Of a DNA stretch of 64,000 nucleotides, positions 24,535 through 33,447 are shown in pieces; the stretch's first letter is position 1; the number at the start of each line of letters is the position of its first letter. The translations under genes and the position numbers were made by a program. The notes under the pieces are model-generated. The model saw only the letters and a program-made list of their open reading frames with translations. It was not told the origin of the DNA and ran no database searches. Source of the stretch: a virus. Its lineage: Duplodnaviria > Caudoviricetes. The stretch lies in the IMG/VR virus record IMGVR_UViG_3300021399_003599. One strand, written 5' to 3'.

Positions 24535-24916
24535 TATTAATCTTCTCCTCTATCTGTCGATACTGATCTTGTAACTGATTATATTGTTGTTCTATAGTTG
24601 CAAGACGATTTTCTAAAATATGATATTGATTTTGTTGTTGAGCTTGTTCAACTTCTTCTGCTGGTGTAATATAAAATTTATTTAGAGTAGGAAAACCACC
24701 GTCATCAGTTGTTTTTAACCATACAACAGAATCCGTTTTATCTAGTAAAAGAATAGAAGACCCAGGTGGAATACTATAAGCTTGCGCGCCATCTTTTCCA
24801 TACACTTCAGCTATATGAACTGCTAATTGTGGAACTTGATTTTGTGTCCAAGTTGGATTAGGCATATTTGGATTATTATAATTCCAATTTTGATTTGGAT
24901 ATCCTCCGTATGGCAT
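24443..24916 (-). CDS. Gln/Pro/Asn-rich conserved phage protein
   Basis: VYGKDGAQAY.I.PG...WLKTTD..G.P motif. Confidence 0.75.
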   Translation of the reverse strand: MPYGGYPNQNWNYNNPNMPNPTWTQNQVPQLAVHIAEVYGKDGAQAYSIPPGSSILLLDKTDSVVWLKTTDDGGFPTLNKFYITPAEEVEQAQQQNQYHILENRLATIEQQYNQLQDQYRQIEEKINNGKSYSSSYAGKNNSNSNSNRQQQSNSASS

Positions 24917-24931
24917 AACTCCTTCTTTCTC

Positions 24932-26101
24932 TTATGAATTTAATAAAGCTAATAATGCTTGTAATTGAGTTTCATTAATTGTGGTCGAGCCGATGGTGAT
25001 GCCGCCCGTGGAACTGACGGTGACGCCACCCGCCAGCCACTCGTTGCCGTTCCAGTCCAGCGTCCTGGCGTTGCTGCGCTTGCTATAGTCGCCGTTGCCG
25101 ATGATCTCGGCATACTTGTTGGCGGTGTCCTCGATGTTGTATCTACCGCCCGCGTGTTGATTCTGACTCGCCGCAATGGTGCCGTAACCCTCGGCGTGAG
25201 ATTTTTGGCCGCTCGCGGTCGTGTTGTTACCCTCAGCGTGAGAGCACGCGCCACTTGCTGTCGTGCCGTTACCTTCGGCGTGAGAGTAATCGTTGCTTGC
25301 GGTCGTAGATTGTCCCTCAGCGTGAGAGGATTCGCTGCTGGCAATGGTGCTGCTACCTTCGGCATGGGAATCTGTGCCGCTCGCGGTCGTGTCGTAACCC
25401 TCGGCGTGAGATTTTTGGCCGCTCGCGGTAGTTCCTTTACCTTCGGCGTGAGACCACATGTCGCTTGCCACGTTTTCGGTGCTGTTGAACACGTCCGAGT
25501 TTTTCCCCGTGCCATTTGTAACTAGATGACCTTCAAAATACGCTGAATATGGGCCAATCTTTGAAAATGATGCCGCTCCGCTGATCTTGATCGTGAGCGG
25601 TCGCGATGTGTAGCCCTCTTTTGCAAAGAGTCCGGTGTCTTTCATGTATAGGAACGGCTCACCGGTATCCACGGATGGTGACCAGAATATAAATGCCGCT
25701 AGATTCCCGATATACAGATTGCCGTTGCTTTCCTTGCACTCGACACTGTATGTCTCGCCGTCAAACTCGACCGTGTAAGTCATCCCCAATTCGATGTCTA
25801 TGCTGCCAATGTCCGCGCCACCTGGATTACCGTGAGACATGTCTGGCGCAGCTATGGTCACTTCGCCCTCGTATAGCGTGTCATATCCAGTGATGCCGAA
25901 CGGTCTGTTGGCGATGAATCCGCTCTCGCCATCGACGGCGTTCCAGTCGGCGCCGCCATTTGAACTTATTTGTTCAACAATATTAGAATCAAGCTTTTCT
26001 AAAGTAACAGCACCGTCTTGAATTTGATCTGTGCCAACACTTGTTATAGAAGATCCGCTGCCAGCATTTTTTCTAGCAAGAGCAATGTCAATAATATCCA
26101 T
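24932..26101 (-). CDS. adhesin-like fibre protein with SHAEG (YadA/Hep-Hag-type) 14-aa repeats
   Basis: seven SHAEG repeats; IIGNG...RSNARTLDWNGN; start by TAATG overlap at 26101. Confidence 0.8.
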   Translation of the reverse strand: MDIIDIALARKNAGSGSSITSVGTDQIQDGAVTLEKLDSNIVEQISSNGGADWNAVDGESGFIANRPFGITGYDTLYEGEVTIAAPDMSHGNPGGADIGSIDIELGMTYTVEFDGETYSVECKESNGNLYIGNLAAFIFWSPSVDTGEPFLYMKDTGLFAKEGYTSRPLTIKISGAASFSKIGPYSAYFEGHLVTNGTGKNSDVFNSTENVASDMWSHAEGKGTTASGQKSHAEGYDTTASGTDSHAEGSSTIASSESSHAEGQSTTASNDYSHAEGNGTTASGACSHAEGNNTTASGQKSHAEGYGTIAASQNQHAGGRYNIEDTANKYAEIIGNGDYSKRSNARTLDWNGNEWLAGGVTVSSTGGITIGSTTINETQLQALLALLNS

Positions 26102-26280
26102 TATAACATCACCCACTTTTTACTAGAATTTAATATATATACATTTCCATCCGATAATACCAAACAATTTGTTCCCATAGGAGGATTAGTTTCCAAGAGT
26201 GCAGTTAAGTCTTCAACGTTATCAGCAATATAACTTATTTTACCATCAGGGCCATTGTTTTTTAAAACAGAATAACTCAT
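26101..26280 (-). CDS. 59-aa stand-alone copy of a shared N-terminal module
   Basis: MSYSVLKNNGPDGKISYIADNVEDL...PPMGTNCLVLSDGNVYILNSSKKW; paralogous to N-terminus of 26495..27505. Confidence 0.75.
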   Translation of the reverse strand: MSYSVLKNNGPDGKISYIADNVEDLTALLETNPPMGTNCLVLSDGNVYILNSSKKWVML

Positions 26281-26483
26281 TACAAATCACTCTCGTCTTT
26301 GTCTTGATTGTCATAAATCTGTTCAATCAGTTGCTCAAGTTCTGCTACTTGTTCATCTGTTAACACTCCTGCTTCTAACTGTTCATACATTCTCATAGTC
26401 CAATATTCAACTTCTTGACCTTTAAGAATAGCAGACCGAATAGTTTTAAATACAATTCGTCTGCGGGCTTCGCTAACAATCAT
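26280..26483 (-). CDS. small hypothetical protein
   Basis: GGAGG SD; coupled to neighbours. Confidence 0.7.
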   Translation of the reverse strand: MIVSEARRRIVFKTIRSAILKGQEVEYWTMRMYEQLEAGVLTDEQVAELEQLIEQIYDNQDKDESDL

Positions 26484-26494
26484 TTTAATCCTCC

Positions 26495-27505
26495 TTATGA
26501 TTTACTTACAATATCAGCTATTGCTTCCTCAAGATTATTAATAGCAAGATTAATATCTCGATAATAAGAAATAACTATATTAGCATCAATACTTGTATTA
26601 TTTTCATCAGTTGCGACAATTTGTACCGTAGACGGATTTTCTGAAAACATTGGCATAGTAATACTAGGAATCACAAACGTTTCCACTGGTTTCCGCATTA
26701 CAACAGTTGCCCCAACTAATGCATCAAATGTTGCTTGTGTAGCACTAGACCCCGCATAAGCATAAAATCCAGTTTGTGTGGTGCCAACATATAGTCCATT
26801 TTTATCAAACGCGCACTTAGAACAATAACCTACAATAGAATCTGTTGTATTTGTTTCTGCTCGCATAGCTTCCGCACTATCCCACAAAGGAATAGGTGAA
26901 TCAAAAGTTAATAATGCAGATTTTTGTTTTCCATTTGTAACCATCGTTCCTACGCTAGTAATTGTACGCTTTGCCGCGCGTTCATAAAGTATACCTGAAC
27001 CATTTTCATCTATTATTAATTCATCACGTTTTCCATTTGGAACACTTTGTAATAAATGAACAACACCTTTATTATCTATTAATGTTAAAGGAACAGAAAT
27101 AGAATTATTAATATCTGCACCACTTATTTCTAAACTTATATTTGCGATACTCTTAATTGCTATTGGGTTACTTGCAGATGGAGTCCCAGTTTGGCTACAG
27201 CGACCATAAATAGTTAATCCTGCTAAACGGGTTCCCGCAACCACATCATCTAATGTAATATCAATACCACTTTCAGTTCCTTTAAAATTATTGTTAGAGT
27301 ATGAAGGAGAAGATCCTCCACCACCACCACTGTTTCCAAGAAGAGGAATCCATTGTTTATTTGAATTAATAATATACACTTCACCATTTGATAATACTAA
27401 GCAGGAAGCTCCCATTGGAGGATTCGTTTGCAAGATTAAAGGCAGATCATTAGGAGTGTCCGCAACATAAGTAGGTTTTTCATTATTACTTAAAATAGAA
27501 TACAT
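26495..27505 (-). CDS. probable tail fibre/receptor-binding-type protein
   Basis: shared N-module; GLTIYGRCSQTGTPSASNPIAIKS; YYRDINLAI. Confidence 0.7.
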   Translation of the reverse strand: MYSILSNNEKPTYVADTPNDLPLILQTNPPMGASCLVLSNGEVYIINSNKQWIPLLGNSGGGGGSSPSYSNNNFKGTESGIDITLDDVVAGTRLAGLTIYGRCSQTGTPSASNPIAIKSIANISLEISGADINNSISVPLTLIDNKGVVHLLQSVPNGKRDELIIDENGSGILYERAAKRTITSVGTMVTNGKQKSALLTFDSPIPLWDSAEAMRAETNTTDSIVGYCSKCAFDKNGLYVGTTQTGFYAYAGSSATQATFDALVGATVVMRKPVETFVIPSITMPMFSENPSTVQIVATDENNTSIDANIVISYYRDINLAINNLEEAIADIVSKS

Positions 27506-27530
27506 TATGTGCTCTCCTTTTGTTTATTTA

Positions 27531-28148
27531 TTAAGATACATGGCCTGGGTTAAAGGTTTGGGGAGCATACCCTGGAATTCTTATAATCATTCCAAATGGT
27601 GTTTGCGCATTGATTTGATCGATTATTTTCTGACCAAAAGATAATCCTTCAGGAGAGTCACCGGGAATAAGACTACCAGCCAAGGGCACAATTGAATGCT
27701 CAGGATCAGAAAATGCTTGAACAGGCATATCATCAAAGCCACCAATAGTAATTCCTTGATGTCTAAGTACTCCTCTTTCTGGCTCTGCATCTATTCCTCC
27801 TAATGGCTCAATTAATTGCCATTGACCAGGAATGATTACAACAAGCTCTTGAGGATTTTGTTGATATTTTTCAGTAAAAACATCCGTAGCTTTAAAATCT
27901 TTAAGATTAGCTACTTTTTGATCTTTAGAAAGAACTCCAAATTGAGGACCTTTATCTATTATATAACTATTAGGAGACCAAAGATAAAGCCCTCTAGGAC
28001 TAACGTTACCATCATCAATATTTAAATGAATACACTTGGTTCCTATTGGGAGGTCAGTTTTTATACAAATACCAAGCATATCATCCACTGTATCTGCAAC
28101 ATAAGTATTAGCACCCATTGAATTTTTATTTAATATATTATATGCCAT
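27531..28148 (-). CDS. hypothetical protein with shared N-terminal module
   Basis: MAYNIL...TYVADTVDDM...LPIGTKC. Confidence 0.7.
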   Translation of the reverse strand: MAYNILNKNSMGANTYVADTVDDMLGICIKTDLPIGTKCIHLNIDDGNVSPRGLYLWSPNSYIIDKGPQFGVLSKDQKVANLKDFKATDVFTEKYQQNPQELVVIIPGQWQLIEPLGGIDAEPERGVLRHQGITIGGFDDMPVQAFSDPEHSIVPLAGSLIPGDSPEGLSFGQKIIDQINAQTPFGMIIRIPGYAPQTFNPGHVS

Positions 28149-28167
28149 TTATATTCGCCTCCCCTTT

Positions 28168-28815
28168 CTAAAGCATCTGTTCATGACTAAAAACAAATAC
28201 TATTTGATCAGAAGCATATCCTTTAGATTGAAGAATTGGAACCCCTTCTGTCAAAAAATCAGAAGTAGAAATTTGTTTTACATTTCCAATATCTGCTATA
28301 GATACACTTTTTGCTAAATCTTCGCATGTAATAATTTCTAAGAAAGAAGTATTATCATTTACGTCTTCATATTTAGTTTTACCTATGTTTGCCCAATAAG
28401 AACTAAAGAGTGATGTTGTTGCATCTATTTTTGGGATACCTATTAAGCCAAAATAACTAGAGCCACTACTGCCTTGACGATATAAAGCATCAGGATCATC
28501 CGACATGAAGGAATCAGGTATTGAATCCAAAGTATATGTATCAGTAATCCATGCTCCTTGTCCTAAGCCTGCTATATCGGACCATATTCCACCTAACGTC
28601 CATTCAAATTGATCTAAAGGAGCTAGTTCTGCTGTTGGATTAACTTCAAAAACCTTTTGCTTTGTAAACATATAAGTACTATATGGATTCATAACAATGG
28701 CTTTAGTACCCACAGGTAGCTTAGAATCCTTGCCTAACTCAGTTAAGTCATTTGTCGACTCACAAAGATAAGTTGGTATATTAGTTGATGTACGTTTAAT
28801 TATTTTATATGCCAT
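28168..28815 (-). CDS. hypothetical protein with shared N-terminal module
   Basis: MAYKII...TYLCESTNDL...LPVGTKA. Confidence 0.7.
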   Translation of the reverse strand: MAYKIIKRTSTNIPTYLCESTNDLTELGKDSKLPVGTKAIVMNPYSTYMFTKQKVFEVNPTAELAPLDQFEWTLGGIWSDIAGLGQGAWITDTYTLDSIPDSFMSDDPDALYRQGSSGSSYFGLIGIPKIDATTSLFSSYWANIGKTKYEDVNDNTSFLEIITCEDLAKSVSIADIGNVKQISTSDFLTEGVPILQSKGYASDQIVFVFSHEQML

Positions 28816-28836
28816 AATACCTCTTTTCTCATTTGG

Positions 28837-29322
28837 TTACCAAGCACTAACTTTTTTAGATATTAAACTAGTACCGATACAAATAGCGTCACTTTCATCT
28901 TCAGTAGCTTCAATATGATAATGCTCTTTTACAAAATTCATTGAAGCTTTTTTCTGTTCAGCTCTAAGCTTTCCAAAAGCAACACCATATATATCCTTTA
29001 CGTTTTTACGCCAAACCATTGGAGGTACAATCTCATAATCCATTTTATTATTAACACACCATAACAAAATAGCACCCTGAACCTGAGCTAAAACCTTAAA
29101 AGTTTTAACATTACCATTTTGTTCTTGTATATCTTCAAATACAAGTCTATCAAAATGATATTTCTGCAGTAATTCATCCAATAGATCAGTGAGTTTCAAT
29201 AATCTCTTTTCTATCGGATGGTTTGCGGGCGAGCTTATATGACCATAATCAATTAGATGATCCTCATCAAATACACAATATCCGCTTACTTTACTACTTT
29301 GATCCAGGGCTACAAAAAGCAT
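28837..29322 (-). CDS. RuvC-like Holliday junction resolvase
   Basis: ALDQSSKVSG, FEDIQ, DESDAICIG. Confidence 0.85.
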   Translation of the reverse strand: MLFVALDQSSKVSGYCVFDEDHLIDYGHISSPANHPIEKRLLKLTDLLDELLQKYHFDRLVFEDIQEQNGNVKTFKVLAQVQGAILLWCVNNKMDYEIVPPMVWRKNVKDIYGVAFGKLRAEQKKASMNFVKEHYHIEATEDESDAICIGTSLISKKVSAW

Positions 29323-29399
29323 TATACCTCCTAAAATTATTTTAATATCCTAAGATATTTTTAATTTTAGGAGGTATCTATTACTTTGTTATGTCCTAT

Positions 29400-29600
29400 T
29401 TAGTTATCAGTTAAAACATAAATTACAGGATCACCGTCTTCATTTATTACTGTTGTTACGAGCAAATCATCATAAGGAGTTTCAAATTCATCTCTACGAG
29501 TTGTCTGATAAATCTTTAAAAGCTTCTCATCGCTAGCATCTTTTACGGTAATTACTGCATACTTATCTTTAAGACTATTAAAAACTTCTTTAAAGTTCAT
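29400..29600 (-). CDS. hypothetical protein
   Basis: AGGAG SD. Confidence 0.65.
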   Translation of the reverse strand: MNFKEVFNSLKDKYAVITVKDASDEKLLKIYQTTRRDEFETPYDDLLVTTVINEDGDPVIYVLTDN

Positions 29601-29625
29601 ACTTGTCTCCTAAAATCAATTATTA

Positions 29626-29850
29626 TTAAAACTTTCTACCGCACATTGGACAATAATGAATTAAAACATGATCTTCAATATTAATTGGATGGTCAAAAAT
29701 CATATCTTCTGCTTCATATCGAATACAAGGCACAGTAATACTCCAACCTTGATCATCACAAGTTTCATATCCAGCTAAATAAAATCTTCCTACTCCTCCT
29801 ACGGTAGGGAGAAGAGCATCTTTACTTCCACTACAAAATTGACAGCTCAT
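29626..29850 (-). CDS. small zinc-binding protein
   Basis: CQFC...YCPMCGRK. Confidence 0.7.
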   Translation of the reverse strand: MSCQFCSGSKDALLPTVGGVGRFYLAGYETCDDQGWSITVPCIRYEAEDMIFDHPINIEDHVLIHYCPMCGRKF

Positions 29851-29870
29851 TTATTAGCAGTCCTTTCGTA

Positions 29871-30317
29871 TTAAAGACCTGTTGATCCAAAACCTCCACG
29901 TGCTTCATTATGAAGATCATTTGTTTCCTGGAAACGGATTATAGGCTGAGTTGGAATTAATCTAAATTGGAAACAACGAGTTCCCGCAGGAATAGTAATG
30001 TCTCTAGTTGCATAAACGCAGACAAGCCATACATCATCATTACCATTATAAGCATTATCAATATAACCGACGCTATTGGTTAGGAGAATACCGTAACGCT
30101 TAAACGTACTTGACCTCGGCAGAATAAGTGCATCAAACCCCTTTGGCAGCTCCATCGCTACACCAAGATTCATAAAACCCCATTCGCCCTTATGCAGAGT
30201 AAGCTCATCCCTGCTATAAAGATCGACACATCCACCTTTTTTAACCTGCTCAAGTGCGGGACTGCCATGATATTTAATTGGAATATCTACTGCTCCATTA
30301 ATAGTATATGCAGACAT
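29871..30317 (-). CDS. dut: dUTPase
   Basis: PRSS, GYIDNAYNG, RGGFGSTG. Confidence 0.93.
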   Translation of the reverse strand: MSAYTINGAVDIPIKYHGSPALEQVKKGGCVDLYSRDELTLHKGEWGFMNLGVAMELPKGFDALILPRSSTFKRYGILLTNSVGYIDNAYNGNDDVWLVCVYATRDITIPAGTRCFQFRLIPTQPIIRFQETNDLHNEARGGFGSTGL

Positions 30318-30586
30318 TAAAACTCCTTTTCAAAATTATAACTGATATCTTCAATATAACGAACGATATCTTTTGGATCTTCAAAGATCTTTTTAATACT
30401 AACTATATACCAACTCTCAACTACTTCACCCTTACTCTTCCGCTCCTTGAGTGAAATATTAAAAGTGTTAATTACATAACCAATTCGATCTGCCTCTTCC
30501 CGCTGCTCTTGCTTAAAACGATTAACATCATCTTCAGTTTCAAGGCGATAGCTTTCTACAGTAGACACTAAAGCTTTTGATACCAT
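30317..30586 (-). CDS. hypothetical protein
   Basis: KERKSKGEVV motif; TAATG coupling. Confidence 0.7.
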   Translation of the reverse strand: MVSKALVSTVESYRLETEDDVNRFKQEQREEADRIGYVINTFNISLKERKSKGEVVESWYIVSIKKIFEDPKDIVRYIEDISYNFEKEF

Positions 30587-30837
30587 TACTTTCCTCCTAG
30601 CATCTTAACCTGACAAGAAATATTCTTATCTTCTGAGAGTTTGCGGAATACCTTATCACTGATCTTGCTTAGGTTATTCACTAGAACAACATCAGCGTCG
30701 TACTGCCGCACTAGTTCTTGAATCGTCTTATTCAGCTCAGAGAAGAAACTTGAAAAATGAAGATCCTCATCTGGGGTATGAACTATAATCACAATATACG
30801 TAGTAGTTGGATAAACAATAATTTCACTCTTTAGCAT
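30586..30837 (-). CDS. hypothetical protein
   Basis: coupled ORF. Confidence 0.65.
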   Translation of the reverse strand: MLKSEIIVYPTTTYIVIIVHTPDEDLHFSSFFSELNKTIQELVRQYDADVVLVNNLSKISDKVFRKLSEDKNISCQVKMLGGK

Positions 30838-31220
30838 GGAATCACAAATCCTCTCGCATCAAATAAAATATAAGCATTGGCTACCCCGCCAAGATTAACC
30901 CACAGTTGCCAAACGTCATTCTCCTCATCATAGTCTGCCGCAATCCAATGCCCACGACTATCAAGCACACTTGCTACTTCTTTTACAAAACTAGTCGCAA
31001 GGACATCTACACCATTGTACTTATTGGTGCATTCAAATACAGTATAATCGTTCTTTTCTCGACACAGTAGCATAAAATAATCAGTTGATGTTTCTAGCTT
31101 TGGATAGGCCCAATCCCAAATTTCATCCTTTGTGTTCTCCCTTTTTTCCATTTTCATTGCCGGCCAATTTGCTCTCTCCGCGCAGCAAAGAGAGTATTTA
31201 TCTGCAGAAAGCAAGTCCAT
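30831..31220 (-). CDS. hypothetical protein
   Basis: YFMLLCREKNDYTVF; AAGGAG SD; promoter 31253-31281. Confidence 0.75.
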   Translation of the reverse strand: MDLLSADKYSLCCAERANWPAMKMEKRENTKDEIWDWAYPKLETSTDYFMLLCREKNDYTVFECTNKYNGVDVLATSFVKEVASVLDSRGHWIAADYDEENDVWQLWVNLGGVANAYILFDARGFVIPC

Positions 31221-31368
31221 TATTACTCCTTTCGTATTTATCTTACAAACATATTATATAATAAAATCTATTAATTGTCAAAATAAAATACTTGGGCAGA
31301 GTAAAATAAAAGTGAACATTTGCTTTTTATATAGAATAGGACTAGACCTGAAAAGAGAGAAGGTATGA

Positions 31369-31734
31369 ATGGATCCAATGACTTCTATAACTATCGCATT
31401 AATATCTGCATCTCCCGCAGTTATTGTTGCTATTATACAGTTATTTACAAATTACAGTAACAAAAAATATCGTATCCGCAAAGAGCAAGAAGAAAAAGAA
31501 TTAATTGAAAACACAAAGAAAAATGACAAGTTGCAGCTAGCTATGGCCCGTTTAATGCTTCTTGAAGAATATAAAAAATGTATAAAACAAGGTTACTATG
31601 ATCTTGATGACCGCGCAGTCTACCATGAAATGTTTGAAGCTTATAAAGATAAGGGCGGTAATGGCATTATCGACAATATCAAAGAAAAAATACTTGCTTT
31701 GCCAACAGAACCGCCCAATTCTCATCCAGAATAA
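31369..31734 (+). CDS. membrane-anchored phage protein (holin-like, YxxKGGNG family)
   Basis: N-terminal TM helix; EAYKDKGGNG. Confidence 0.7.
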   Translation: MDPMTSITIALISASPAVIVAIIQLFTNYSNKKYRIRKEQEEKELIENTKKNDKLQLAMARLMLLEEYKKCIKQGYYDLDDRAVYHEMFEAYKDKGGNGIIDNIKEKILALPTEPPNSHPE

Positions 31735-31743
31735 GGTGATTAT

Positions 31744-32052
31744 ATGCCTTTAAATTTTTATCAAGGAATAGATAAAGCTTTACAAAAATTAGACTATACC
31801 TATGCAAATAACGGTATATTATTTTCTAAAGATGCTTTAAGAATGTATGGAAAATTTTCTGATACCTTCATGCCTTTTGGTGAAAATAGAACACTAATTG
31901 AAGAAAATAATTATAATCTTTTATCAGAAGAAAAGCAAAAAAAAGTTAGACAAACTTATTATATTCCAGATGGTGAAATAGGATATATACATCCCGCATA
32001 TATCACAGCCAATAGACACAGTTTAATTATTCTTACTAATGAGGAATTATAA
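31744..32052 (+). CDS. hypothetical protein
   Basis: in operon. Confidence 0.65.
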   Translation: MPLNFYQGIDKALQKLDYTYANNGILFSKDALRMYGKFSDTFMPFGENRTLIEENNYNLLSEEKQKKVRQTYYIPDGEIGYIHPAYITANRHSLIILTNEEL

Positions 32053-32288
32053 TGGACTACATAGATAATCTTATTTATGGTAGTACTTTAACAGGTGAAT
32101 CAATAAAATATCAATTAAAAGATAGAGTACTACGCAATATGGTTGGAGCAATACAAGCAAAGACAGAAGAAGAAGCCAATACTTTTTTCCAAGAGGCTAA
32201 ACAAGGTTTCTTTTCTGAAGGATCTTATTCGAGTGCGGCTGACGCTTTAAGTGCGGCGCTCCCTCGATGGCATATTTGTACTGAGTAA
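32052..32288 (+). CDS. hypothetical protein, paralog of 32301..32525
   Basis: YQLKD...AALPRWHICTE. Confidence 0.7.
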   Translation: MDYIDNLIYGSTLTGESIKYQLKDRVLRNMVGAIQAKTEEEANTFFQEAKQGFFSEGSYSSAADALSAALPRWHICTE

Positions 32289-32300
32289 AAAGGAGTTAAC

Positions 32301-32525
32301 ATGGCAGACATTGATACTATCAAATTAACACAAGATGGTATAACAACAACTTATTATATTAGAGACACAGAAGCTCGTAGTATCATGGAAGCTATGGGAA
32401 CAACCGCAGACCCAGATACAGAAATTGCTTTATTGCGGGCGGGCTTCACTGATAAGAACGGCGTTTATCCCAATGCGTTCGCCGCAATTAAAGACGCTCT
32501 CCCTAGATGGAAGGTGTGTGAATAA
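32301..32525 (+). CDS. hypothetical protein, paralog of 32052..32288
   Basis: YYIRD...DALPRWKVCE. Confidence 0.7.
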   Translation: MADIDTIKLTQDGITTTYYIRDTEARSIMEAMGTTADPDTEIALLRAGFTDKNGVYPNAFAAIKDALPRWKVCE

Positions 32526-32863
32526 TGGCTATTGATATTGCTACATCAACTGGTGGTTATCAAGCAATCAAAGAAGAGTCTGAAAGCAATGACGCTAGTA
32601 TCTTTATCGATACTGAAAACTTTGATCTGTTTGGACACTTTGAAGATTCGTTTGACTTTTTAAACGAAAAAACTATAATGATTACTACCGCGGATTACAA
32701 TGTGCTAAGCACCGCAGAAGAAGGCACAATAGATTATGAATTGTGGCATAATCCGCACATAACTTGGGTAGTACAAGACGACAATGAGCTAGAGACTGTT
32801 GGATTAAACACAGTAAGTGTAACAGGTTCGACTCTCAATATAACATTAAGTACTAAAAAATAA
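32525..32863 (+). CDS. hypothetical protein
   Basis: TAATG coupling. Confidence 0.65.
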   Translation: MAIDIATSTGGYQAIKEESESNDASIFIDTENFDLFGHFEDSFDFLNEKTIMITTADYNVLSTAEEGTIDYELWHNPHITWVVQDDNELETVGLNTVSVTGSTLNITLSTKK

Positions 32864-32900
32864 AAAGGGAACTAACTAAAAAAATTAGTTCCCTTTTTTT
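32862..32900. terminator. bidirectional terminator
   Basis: AAAAAGGGAACTAA...TTAGTTCCCTTTTTT. Confidence 0.8.
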
Positions 32901-33447
32901 ATTCTGTATATAAAACTACTTTACCTTGTATAAAGCTTTGTTGAACATCTATTACTCTTTGATTACGGCTACCGCGCCATTTAAGAGTAATATCTTTCTC
33001 CTCTTGGATAAAAGGACCATCAATAAGAACGTCAACATTTCCTAAAATAGCAGCTAGTGCTTGCGCACTTAAATCTTTATAATATTCTTCGTCTGGTTGA
33101 TCATACTCTTTCATTAACTGATCCCAAGTATAACCTGTCCAAACCCAGATTTTAATTTTAGGATGCCTAAAACGAACTTCATTGAGTAAAAATCTTGCAA
33201 GTTGTGGTCGGTTTTGTTTTGCTAATGGTTCTCCTCCCAATAGAGAAAGTCTAGTTATGTGCGGCTGATCGAGTAATTGTAAAATAGCTTGTTGCGTTTC
33301 TTCAGTAAATTCTTTTCCGGCTTTAAAGTCCCAAGTCTCAGGATTGAAACATCCAACGCAATGTTTATCACAACCTTGTGTATATAGAGATACACCCCAT
33401 CCTAAACCATTTACACAATCACATTTTAAAATATCTGCGTATCTCAT
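32899..33447 (-). CDS. nrdG: anaerobic ribonucleotide reductase activase
   Basis: CxxxCxxC; LGGEP; DVLIDGPF; WRGSRNQR. Confidence 0.95.
   Translation of the reverse strand: MRYADILKCDCVNGLGWGVSLYTQGCDKHCVGCFNPETWDFKAGKEFTEETQQAILQLLDQPHITRLSLLGGEPLAKQNRPQLARFLLNEVRFRHPKIKIWVWTGYTWDQLMKEYDQPDEEYYKDLSAQALAAILGNVDVLIDGPFIQEEKDITLKWRGSRNQRVIDVQQSFIQGKVVLYTE

Noticed and set aside
24949-26233. Alternative-frame and antisense ORFs over the SHAEG gene
   Set aside because: By-product of high GC and repeats; the 42-nt repeats are coding, and no reverse transcriptase supports a DGR
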